Source: Felis catus
Lineage: Eukaryota
Reading direction: 5' to 3'
NCBI RefSeq assembly: GCF_018350175.1
Contig: NC_058368.1
Location: 214,584,001-214,648,000 of the forward strand
Length of the DNA stretch: 64,000 bases
The position numbers were made by a program, and so were the translations under genes. Positions 53,321 to 64,000 of the stretch are shown one piece after another. Every line of letters begins with the position of its first letter. The stretch's first letter is position 1. A model generated the notes under the pieces. That model was not told where the DNA came from, ran no database searches, and saw nothing but the letters and a program-made list of their open reading frames with translations.

Positions 53321-54763
53321 AATCCCAGACTTTAGCCTCTACTACAAAGCTGTAATCATCAAGACAGCATGGCATTGGCGCAAAAACAGACACATAGACC
53401 AATGGAATAGAATAGAGACTCCAGAATTGGACCCACAAAAGTGTGGCTGACTAATCTTTGACAAAGAAGGAAAGAATACCCAATGGAAAAAAGTCTCTTT
53501 AACAAATGGTGCTGGGAGAACTGGACAGCAACATGCAGAAGAATGAAACTGCACCACTTTCTTACACCACTCACAAAAATAAACTCAAAATGGATAAAGG
53601 ACCTGACTGTGAAACAGGAAACCATCAAAACCCTAGAGGAGAAAGCAGGAAAAAACCTCTCTGACCTCAGCCGCAGCAATTTCTTACTTGACACATCCCC
53701 AAAGGCAAGGGAATTAAAAGCAAAAATGAGCTATTTGGTCTTCATGAAGATAAAAAGCTTCTGCACAGCAAAGGAAACAATCAACAAAACTAAAAGGCAA
53801 CCAACAGAATGGGAAAAGATATTTGCAAATGACATATCAGACAAAGGGCTAGTATCCAAAATCTATAAAGAACTCACCAAACTCCACATCCGAAAAACAA
53901 ATAATCCAGTGAAGAAATGGGCAGAAAACATGAATAGGCATTTCTCTAAAGAAGACATCCAGATGGCCAACAGGCACATGAAAAGATGCTCAACGTCACT
54001 CCTCATCAGGGAAGTACAAATCAAAACCACACTGAGATATCACCTCATGCCAGTCAGAGTGGCTAAAATAAACAAAACAGGAGACTATAGAGGCTGGAGA
54101 GGATGTGGAGAAATGGGAATCCTCTTGCACTGTTGGTGAGAATGCAAACTGGTACAGCCTCTCTGGAAAACAGTGTGGAGGCTCCTCAAAAAATTAAAAA
54201 TAGATCTACCCTATGACCCAGCAATAGCACTGCTAGGAATTTACCCAAGGGATACAGGAGTACTGATGCATAGGGGCACTTGTACCCCAATGTTTATAGC
54301 AGCACTCTCAACAATAGCCAAATTATGGAAAGAGCCTAAATGTCCATCAACTGATGAATGGATAAAGAAATTGTGGTTTATATACACAATGGAATACTAC
54401 TTGGCAATGAGAAAGAATAACATATGGCCTTTTGTAGCAACATGGATGGAACTGGAGAGTGTTAAGCTAAGTGAAATAAGTCATACAGAGAAAGAGAGAT
54501 ACCATATGTTTTCACTCTTATGTGGATCCTGAGAAACTTAACAGAAGACCATGGGGGAGGGGAAGGAGAAAAAAAAAGTTAGAGAGGGAGAGAGCCAAAC
54601 CATAAGAGATTCTTAAAAATTGAGAGTAAACTGAGGGTTGATGGGGAGGTGAGAGGGAGGGAAAAGTGGGTGATGGGCATTGAGGAGGGTACCTGTTGGA
54701 ATGAGCACTGGGTGTTGTATGGAAACCAATTTGACAATAGATTTCATATTAAAAAAATAAATG
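53321..54763 (+). mobile_element. Young 5'-truncated felid L1 (~1.44 kb)
   Basis: ORF2 C-terminus (ORFs 53483-54139 and 54173-54532) is highly similar to the 15-21 kb L1. TSD aaaatccagctRaa at 53306 and 54764 splits the ERVL integrase remnant. Confidence 0.97.
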
Positions 54764-54977
54764 AAAATCCAGCTGAAAAGCTAGTCTGGAGCAATACTCT
54801 GGAATTTGGGATCTGTCTTCAGGATGTAGTGTATGCATTACATCAGCAACCTCCATGTGATGCTGTGTCTCCATGGGGAAGAATATATAGATCTCAGAGC
54901 CATGGAGTAAAAGGAAGTACATCTGTACTAACCATTACTGTCAATGGCCAGCTGAGGATTTTGTTCCTCTATACTAC

Positions 54978-55836
54978 TGTTGACCTGAAAAAACAAAAGA
55001 GCCAGTTATTTTACCTGCAAAATGGGTTTATTTGTGAATAGTGGAGGAATTGAAATTTGGGACAAGCAAACTATGGTGAATTGTAGGCAAGTCTGGAGAA
55101 GAGAAGAAAGGAGCTTGCTTTTATGGGGAAGAGGAAGAAGCTGGTAGGGGCTTTCACTGAGTTCTTGTGGGCTGTCACTGGGCAAGGAGATATTCCTCCT
55201 TCCTCCTGCTGGGGTATGTTAAGTAAGCTTCTTCCTGCTGGGAGGTAGGATTCTCACAGTAAGTAGTAGTGCCTGAGAACTCCCATTTCAGAGCTTCCTT
55301 TTATTTTTATTTGATTTTTTTTAATGAATATAATTTATTGTCAACTTGGCTTACATACAACACCCAATGCTTATCCCAACAAGTGCCCTCCTTAATGCTC
55401 ATCACCCATTTTCCCCTCTCTGCACCCCTCCCCCATCCACCTCAGTTTGTTCTCTGTATTTAAGAGTCTTTTGTGGTTTGCCTGCCTCCCTCTCTGTAAC
55501 TATTTTCCCCCTTTCCTTCCCCCATGGTCTTCTGTTAAGTTTCTCAGGATCCACATATGAGTGAAAACATAACATCTGACTTTCTCTGACTGACTTGTTT
55601 CACTCAGCCTAATACCTTCCAGTTCCATGCATGTTGTCGCAAATGGCATGATTTCATTCTTTCTCTTTCATTCTTTCATTGCCGAGTATTGTATTCCAAT
55701 GTTTACAGCAGCACTTTCAACAATAGCCAAATTATGGAAAGAGCCTAAATGTCCATCAACTGATGGGTAAAGAAGATGTGGTTTATATATACAGAGCTTC
55801 TTTTTAAATGAGGCTTCCTTTATTTATTTTCACACA
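54978..55836 (-). mobile_element. Solo LTR (ERV1-like) interrupted by an L1
   Basis: TG...CA termini and 4-bp TSD ctac/ctat (54974-54977, 55837-55840). Minus-strand AATAAA near 55030 and TATA-like element near 55120. Confidence 0.7.
55303..55791 (-). mobile_element. 5'-inverted (twin-primed) L1 3' fragment
   Basis: Minus-strand 3' end at 55303-55698, then the adjoining upstream L1 segment on the plus strand at 55696-55791. TSD cagagcttcYtttt at 55289 and 55792. Confidence 0.93.
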
Positions 55837-58800
55837 CTATACTCAGAATTTTGCAGATTCAGAAGTCCAGGTGAGCAAGGGGACATATTCTTGCTAGGGG
55901 ATATCAAAGTGCATGTTATACCTGCTGCTGGAGCAATTTGGACCACTTGTATCCAAGACCATCAGGGCAGAAAAGTCATCATACTGGCAGAAGCAATTGG
56001 CCCTGATTGCAAGAGGACGTGGAGGTACTTTTTATATAATAGGAGTAGGGAGGGATATGTGTGGAGCCCAGGTTATTCCGTGGGCACCTCCTAGTACCCA
56101 CCTGCCCCACTGTAACTATGAATGGATATATACAGCAGGCCCACCTAAGAAGGGTATGATTACAAGGAAATAGACCTCCCAGGACTGAAGCTTTGGTTTG
56201 CAACAAGATATGCCACTAGCAACCTGCTGAAGAGATCACTAAGTGTGAAAGGATTCTGAATGGAAAGTAGAAGAGGAGGAGTTTGAGTTTCATTTGTGGT
56301 CTTGAGATCAACTGCATCAAAACTACCTCTTCTGACATTCTCACAAAGAGGGGACCATAGGGAACATGGTTAAGTCACTCCCCAATCTGTGAGGGAAAGT
56401 AGATGTGAGAGGCGGCCTGTGGCAGCCATGAGACTTTTTCAGAGTTCCCACTGAGGGCAGCATAAGTGAGCAATGTCTTCAGCTGCTGCTTTCAGAAATC
56501 CATCACCGCTCTGGCACCAAGGCTGCCTTTCCCAATCACTTTTCCTAGTCTGTGTTGAGTGCATCAGCAGGGCAGGGCATTCTTGGAAGATGGGGAAGTC
56601 CTCTGATGGGCCACTTTGGTGGAGTACTTCCCATTAAAAATTGACCTTGCCAGACTTTCTTAGAACTGCTTTCTTCCAATCAACCTTCACTTCTCTCCTT
56701 CTCCAAAGTCAAATAGACATCTTTGGTGAGGGTCTACAAGACCTTTTTGGTTCTCTCCCAATCTTCTCTCATAGGCATTGTGCCTAATAAATCTCTTATC
56801 CTGTGTTAATCATGTCTTGGCATCTACTTCTAAGAGATCTTCTGGTATGCATCAGTGTTGATTGAAAACACAAGTCAATTTGTGGCGTTTAAGTAAACTG
56901 TATTCTAAATCTAGACTGCTCTGTAACACTGATAAGGCCATGAGTATTTCTTGCTTCTTGTGTATGCTGACTGGCTTTCTTTCATTCACTAAGGATAACC
57001 TGTGCTCTTAATCCATTGTGTAAACTTTCAGTTCTTTCTTACTTAATATAAGCCAGGAAGGGTTAGCCAACAAGGTAATGAGAATATGTACAGTTTCCCC
57101 ACAATTACTAGAAAAACAGCTCAAAACATGTGCCTTTCTGACAAGAGAATACTTCTGAGATAGGATCTATACTAGAAAGTAAAGCAGGGATATGTATGAA
57201 GCAAAAATAATGAAAGTCAAAACCTCCACTTGCTTCAACATTCTGAATGTGTTTACTTTGTTTAGTCTTTTCATTGGCTTCAAATTCTAATAATTAAGCA
57301 AGCTCACAAAGTGATTTGCAGAAAGAGAATATTAGTGAAAAGATTATCACATATGTCACCCATAAGTCTGTCAACCAGGAAGCACACACCTTACAATACT
57401 AATTTCTCAAATAAATAGATTCCTTGATTGTATGAATTTATAAATTCATGTTTATGTTGCTAATGTCACTATCAACATAAATATTTTTAGCATCCATTAT
57501 AGAAACTTTCAGGTAATTGATGCCTACAGAGATATTTGTTGATCTGAAATAAAAAGTATCTTTGAGAAACAAGTTTGATTAGATGCAGGCCATAGAGGTA
57601 AAACTGATGAGCTGTGTGACAAAGAAATAGAGTGAGGTGTCATCAACCAGATCCACGGGCACACCAGTGTGTAAGTGGGTTAGCCTACGATGATTACAGC
57701 TGATATACGAACAGCCTATATGATCACCATTTTGTTGTCACAAAGCAATTGATGATTTGGAGAAAGGCAAATTCAATGTGTATGTTTCAGGGTGGAACTC
57801 AGTCAGAGGGCTCTACAGTGTTGAATATAATCATGCTTTCCAACATGGTAGGCAAGTTTCTGGCCTTTGTAGGTTTTTGACATCTTGAGAAAGAAAAAGT
57901 TCTCCAGCTACATCTCATTTATCACTCTTCCCATGACTGTATCTCACAGTGCAGGTTAAAGGAAGTTCAATGCAAGGAATTTCTATTAAATATGGTAATA
58001 GATAAAGAATAAAAGGGAAATGATGGTATATGCCTAAATTAAGGTAATGAGAATCCTTTTATGGAAGTGTTCTGAAGAATCCAAACAGTTTTGTGACATT
58101 TTAGACAGGAAAAGTCATTTTTATACCGAAGTAGTGTAGGGTTGTGCAAACCTTCATATCAGCTGATAAAGAAAAATATTACTTTCATAGGTTCACACAA
58201 GAAGTTCAAGTATTTCATCTCAGCTTCGATTTTTAAGCCATTTTCCTGCAAACTGGCAAATTTCTGCCTACAGCAAACTGATGAAAATTCATGGGTGTTT
58301 TCATTCCTCTAGTTTAGGGAGGAATAGTAAAACTTTTGCCTTAGATCAAACTTTTGAATATTTGAGGGGAGAAAAAAAAACATATCACTTCTCAAATGTG
58401 AATACCCAAAGTGAAATGTGGCCGTTTCTTACATTTTTAGATGCCTGGAAGTTTTCCACAAACTTCTATAACAGTCACTCTGCTGGCTTCTGCTATAAAT
58501 GTTTCAGGAACTATCTAGGGAAATATTCTATTGAGAGGGAGAGGGAAGGCAGGATTATCTAGCAGATAGAGCGTGGAATTTGGACTTAGACAACCATCTG
58601 AGACCTGCACCTGCCTCTTTCATTGCCTTATGGTGCAGCACTGTATAAATGATTCAGACTCTCTTTGCTTATATTTTTCCCTGTGGCAATAGAGGGAAAT
58701 GGGCTAAGCATTAGCCCCTTCTCAACAATCAGAGAACACCATAAAGGTAAATATGACATTGTCTGTAAAGTGCTATGACCTGTAATCTAGAAAAATAGTG

Positions 58801-59410
58801 CAGAGATGTGAGGCCACAGTTTGTAGACATTATAACATCCTCACATAGAGACCTGTCTAGCCTGCCCCTCACTTTTGTATTTAGTCAGGAGTCCCTATGA
58901 CACAATAGATAGTGAGTATTCCCAATTGCTAATTCCTTCAACACACATCTTCCTTTCAGCATCTGGAACATATTAACCTCCCTCTCATGAAGTCAGTGAA
59001 GGGAGACCACCCATAACAGCCAATCAACTTGCATCTATTGATTGCCTAATATGCAAAATGCATTCTACTGAGTATTAGACCTTTAACAAGAGTCTATTAG
59101 AACAATAACAATTTATAAAACAGAATTGCTGTTGTCAAAATGCTAGTGACCAAGATCTAGTTATAAAAGAGGCAATTCTGGAGTGGTAAAAAATCATATA
59201 AAAGGACCATAGATGACAATTGATAGAAATAATGGTTCTTAGGAGCTTAGAGGAAAAAAAGGTCTGAGGGTTCAAGGTGACTCCTTTGCATATTATTTTA
59301 ATTTGTAATTAGGAAAAATATACAAAAATATAGAAGGAAAAATGCGTATGCACTCAGAGGTATAAATATTATATCTTTGGTAGTTATGTCAAAAAAAATA
59401 ACTCATTAAT

Positions 59411-59610
59411 GGGGCGCCTGAGTGGCTCAGTAGGTTGAGAGACCAACTTCAGCTTGGATCATGATTTTGCAATTTGTGGGTTTGAGCCCTGCATTGGGCT
59501 CTGTGCTGATAGCTCAGAGCCTGGAGCCTGCTTAGGATAATGGTCTCCCTCTTTCTCTACCCCCTGCTCTCTATCTCTCAAAAAAAAATGAATAAAAAAT
59601 ATTAAAAAAG
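59411..59610 (+). mobile_element. CanSINE
   Basis: Head ggggcgcctgagtggctcag. TSD taactcattaat at 59399-59410 and 59611-59622. Confidence 0.95.
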
Positions 59611-59701
59611 TAACTCATTAATATCTATGGCTGCCATCATATATTTCAGTGTTCTCATTCAATTTGAGCAATTTTTTTTTTGAAGAGTGAATGGCTTCTT
59701 T

Positions 59702-59708
59702 TTTTTAT

Positions 59709-59739
<31 letters not shown>

Positions 59740-60020
59740 AATATATGAAATTTATTGTCAAATTGGTTTCCACACAACGCCCAGTGCTCATCCCAAAAGA
59801 TGCCCTCTTCAATACCCATCACCTACCCTCCTCTCCCTCCCACTCCCCATCAGCCCTCAGTTTGTTCTCAGTTTTTAAGAGTCTCTTATGCTTTGGCTCT
59901 CTCCCACTCTAACCTCTTTTTTTTTTCCTTTCCCTCCCCCCATGGGTTTCTGTTAAGTTTCTCAGGATCCACCTAAGAGTGAAAACATATGTTATCTGTC
60001 TTTCTCTGTATGGCTTATTT
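59702..60020 (-). mobile_element. Young L1 3' fragment (~320 bp)
   Basis: Near-identical to the 3'UTR of the 15-21 kb L1; (TTTA)n tail. Confidence 0.95.
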
Positions 60021-60422
60021 TGCTCTGTCCTAATGATTATTTCTCTTATGTGCTAAGTTTGAGAAATGTTGATGGCTGGTTTGAAACCCAATTCAGTTAG
60101 TTAATATGGATGTGTTTTATGAGATAAAGTTTGGAGTGAAAGGAGGAAATTTGGAGTGAAAGGAGGGTCACATGCTACAATGGGAAGAGAATTGAATGAG
60201 GATCACAGTGATCTCACTCTGAAAGATCAGCAGGCAATCTCTCAAGACACCTGTGGGTTCATTTGTAAAAGTAGAAGAATTGGGCTAGATTTCATAGTCC
60301 GGTTCTAACATTTTCTGGAAAGAAATACTGCTTGAAAGTTCTACATTTCCTCATGTTGCTAGAAAGCTCATCTAGCTTCTGTATATGTCTGGATCCACAA
60401 TCATTTTTTGTCATTAAGATCA

Positions 60423-60648
60423 TATGAGGACTTGAAGATACAAAACAGATGAACATAAGGGAAGGTAGCAAGAATAATATAAAAACAGAGACTCTTAAAT
60501 ATGGAGAACAAACGGAGGGTTACTGGAGGGATTGTGGGACGGTGGATGGGCTAAATGGGTAGGGGGCATTAAGGTATCTACTCCTGAAATCATGGTAGCA
60601 CTATATGATAACTAACTTGAATGTAAATTTAAAAAAAATTAAATAAAA
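60423..60648 (+). mobile_element. L1 3' fragment (same type as the older 5-12 kb L1)
   Basis: gatgaacataagggaagg..gagaacaaacggagggtt..gggctaaatgggt followed by an A-tail. Flanking aagatca repeat. Confidence 0.85.
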
Positions 60649-61430
60649 AAGATCAATATCTCAATTTCATAGACCACAAATGCAGGTAGAAGAGGAGCAA
60701 ATGGTAATATGGTGCCCTCAAAAGCTGCTCTAACTGTAATTCTTAATTTAATCAGGTTCAGACTGGACATTCCCAAACTCTATTAAATTTTAATGCTCAA
60801 TTCAAGAGAGTTTTGGTCTTGCCAGTAAGTAGTCACTTAGATGAATAGGCTGGTTCTTGGTAATAGAACTTGTGTGTCAGTGAGCAAAGCATCTGTAAAA
60901 CAGAACTGAGTACATGTGCTGGGAGTATATTGCCATATACTTCTATTTTCAAAGCATATTGGCAAAATATTTGTAAATATGATAATATGTATCACCAAAA
61001 GTATTGACAATGTCAAAACATCCAGTCAATTCAGAGAAAATAGTAACCCAATTTTAAATAAAGTATGAAATATGTCATTTGTTAAGTGCAAAATTGGAAA
61101 TTTTATTTTTTTAAAACTGGCATGTTTTAATGTGTCATGTTGACAGCCTATGAAAAAACTAAAATTTATTCAGTCTGCTTGGTATAAATAATGCAAATGA
61201 TGTTGTACATGGAATAAAAGGTCAGTTTTGTTGAGCATAAAAGAGAGAATAACTTCTCCAAGAAATTTTTAGACTTTTTAAAAATATGATTTTAAGTAGC
61301 TAATATTATAAGTTGTCAATAAGTAATTGTGGCAAAAAAAAACAGCTATTTTAACGCATTTTGAAATGAATTCACTTATTCATATGAAGGACGTCAGGGA
61401 AACTCTGCAGTGTATATGCATGGTCTGCGT

Positions 61431-61714
61431 CAGCACTGACCAATAGAAATGTAATGCAAGTCCCATGTGCAATTTAAAAATTTTCAGTTTCCACATTAAG
61501 AAAAGTAGAAAGACACAGATAAATTTCATTTTTGGGGGGGGGTAAATTTTAACACAGTACATGTACAGTGTTATCATCTCAGTGTAAAAATTATTGAGCT
61601 ACTGTATTTTTTTAAGTAAGACTTCAAAATTCAGTGCACAAGTCAATTTGGACTAGCCACATTTCAAGTTTACGATAACCATATGTGGCTGGTGGCTACA
61701 GTATTGACAGCCTG
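61431..61714. mobile_element. hAT-Charlie non-autonomous DNA transposon (MER33-like)
   Basis: TIRs cagcactgaccaata / tattgacagcctg. Internal tttggactagccacatttcaagt..catatgtggctggtggctac. Confidence 0.85.
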
Positions 61715-62110
61715 GGTGTAGATAGTGGGATAGAATAATAAACAATACAGGCATGACCACTACTTACAGACAGTTTATAGTCTAGTGTGAAAAACAGACT
61801 CTAAACAATAAATCAAAGTGTAAAATTTTATACTTTATTTTACGGTTTCTGAAAAGCATTACATAAAATTAATATTATTGAATAGTAGTATTTAATGCAT
61901 TTTTGCTTTACTTATTCTATAGATAATGTTTTCCCTATATGCGTGAGATCACTCTTGTCACTTTTTAGGAAATGCATTCTAAATTAATACTCTTTTGTAG
62001 TGTATTAATATTATTTTATATTCGTGCTTCCCACTTTCCCTATTATCAGTATTGTACTGTAAGTTTGAAGTTAAATCATGAGCTGGGAGCATAAATATCC
62101 TTTAATATTA

Positions 62111-62310
62111 GGGGTGCCTAGGTGGCTCAGCTGGTTAAGCATCTGACTTTGGCTCAGGTCATGATCTTGCAGTTTGTGGGCTCAAGCCCTGCGTTGGGCT
62201 CTGTGCTGACAGCACAGAGCCTGGAGCCTGCTTCAGATTTTGTGTCTCCCTCTCTCTCTGCCCTTCCCTGCTCACGTACTCTAAAATAAATAAACATAAA
62301 AAAATTTGTT
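62111..62310 (+). mobile_element. CanSINE
   Basis: Head ggggtgcctaggtggctcag. TSD atcctttaatatYa at 62097-62110 and 62313-62326. Confidence 0.95.
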
Positions 62311-62879
62311 AAATCCTTTAATATCATTATATATGGTTAAAAAATAGAGTAGCTAGGTACAAAATAAAGATAAGGTATCAGAGAGAACCTTATTTATGAT
62401 GACAAAACATTCATTTTTTTCCATGCCCTTCCCTAGCTTTACAATTTCTGTGATTTCTGCTGACATGTGTTCGCAAAGGCTTTCTACTACTAAGTCTATA
62501 GATTTCTCTAGGTTTATTATAGAAGTAGTTTATTCCATGTGAAAATTTGCATTTATACCTAATTTATACATGAAAGCTGATGTGAAAAAAGTACTTAGGC
62601 ATTAAAATAATAAGAGTATAAAACAATAAAAAATATAAAGAGGATAGTTTATACATGACCTAAACTCAATGTTGCTTACAGATTTGTCTTAATTGATTTT
62701 ATGTAGCTCAAGCTTAATTATGGATGGTGCTGAGGATGGTTATGTATTTATTGAGATTTGAGGAATGCCAGAAAGCACAGATGAACCAGAAGTGTCATGT
62801 TCACGCATCTGACTAAAAATACATCTTTTCCCTTCTTGCTTCCTAACTAAAATTGCTATAGAATGTCAGACAGGGAAGA

Positions 62880-63400
62880 TTGTATGGACTGGAAGAGTCA
62901 GTTCCATGAGAGAAACTTCCCTTAGCTGAAACTTAATGACTGGATCAAGCTGGATTTTTCAGGAAGATGTAGGCAGGTCTTTCTCACTTGGAAAAGCAAC
63001 ATAAATAAAGTAAGAGAGTTGACATTGGCAAGAACTTTTGGGGGAATAAAGCAGATGGTGTAAGTTTGAGAAATTACAGAAGTTAAAAAAGGATGAGCAA
63101 TCTAAGACTAGTTAATGGGGACTTAGAATCTTAAACTTGATCCAATAGGTGATATGGTACCAATATAGTTTTCAATCAGGGAAGTGGCATAATGAAAATA
63201 ACATTTTTGGAAGATTCATCTAGCAGAGGTGACAGGATTGATTTAAAGAGGCTAAAGGAAAATCAAGAAGGTTGAGTTGAGAGACCAGATCCAGTAATAG
63301 ATTTAGAAGATTTAAAACAAGCCTTCTTAAAGTAGGAGACTCATGCTTTTTTGACAGCATAGGAGATGGAACTGGTAAAAAGGGACAGTAAGAGAAGGCT
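62880..63400 (-). mobile_element. L2 relic
   Basis: Purine-rich reverse L2 motifs (ttttcaatcagggaagtggcataatgaaaataacatttttggaagattcatctagcag). Boundaries approximate. Confidence 0.55.
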
Positions 63401-64000
63401 GAGAAAAAATAGAATAAATGCATGATTAGGTGTATTCAGAAAGTAGGCTATAACAGGATTCAGGGTTCTGGTCGTAGAGGGGGGATGGATGTAAAAGAAC
63501 GAAAGACAAACTGACAGTACGTCAGAAGTCAGTGATATATTGAACGGTGGAGGTGAGTTTTCTCAGGTTTCTCTTGTCCGGCATAAAATATAGTGGGGTT
63601 ACATTTTATGTGATTATTCTTAGACCTCATTCCTCAGAGCTAAAGTAAATTGAAAGTTGGTTGAAAAATTACTAAGTGAACTATGGCAATACCTCCATCT
63701 CCTTTCTAAAAGCATACATATTTTTGGTTTGAAATATTTAGGAAGTTATACAGAAAAACAGGATTTATGTTTGCTTTATTTTGACATATGGTTTACATTT
63801 TGAAAACCTTGCCCTAGGATGGCATTGGATAAAATTATGATGATAAAATTGGGCATAGTGAAAACAAAATCACAAAATTCAAACCAGTAATAGATTTTAT
63901 AAATCATGTAATTACATGTGTAGTAAAACAATAAATATTTATTGACTATCTACCAGGTGTCAAGCCTATTGAAGGCATTGGTCATACATATATAGAGAAA

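Noticed and set aside
60130..60166. Short tandem duplication tttggagtgaaaggagg (similar ones near 12665 and 27450)
   Set aside because: Ordinary slippage duplications.

Overview
AT-rich, repeat-dense mammalian DNA, almost certainly felid: it carries tRNA-derived CanSINEs of the feliform type and carnivore/felid-type LINE-1s. I recognise no intact host protein-coding gene. Main contents: (1) an older decayed full-length L1 (5085-11996, -). (2) A young full-length L1 (15216-21167, -) with intact ORF1 and a frameshift-free ORF2 whose start codon reads ATC and which carries two nonsense codons. (3) A complex, doubly inverted L1 insertion (45647-49641). (4) A decayed two-LTR ERVL (LTR16/ERV3-16A3-like) provirus (~50110-56851) holding several nested insertions: a 5'-truncated TMEM125 processed pseudogene carrying its own 3'UTR MIR and A-tail, a young L1 3' fragment, and a solo LTR that itself contains a twin-primed L1. 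About 11 SINEs, MIR/L2/MLT1/MER33 relics, microsatellites and small templated duplications fill the rest. Repeat family names and the TMEM125 call come from recalled sequences, not from searches. I found no convincing new biological system; the notable items are insertion architectures.
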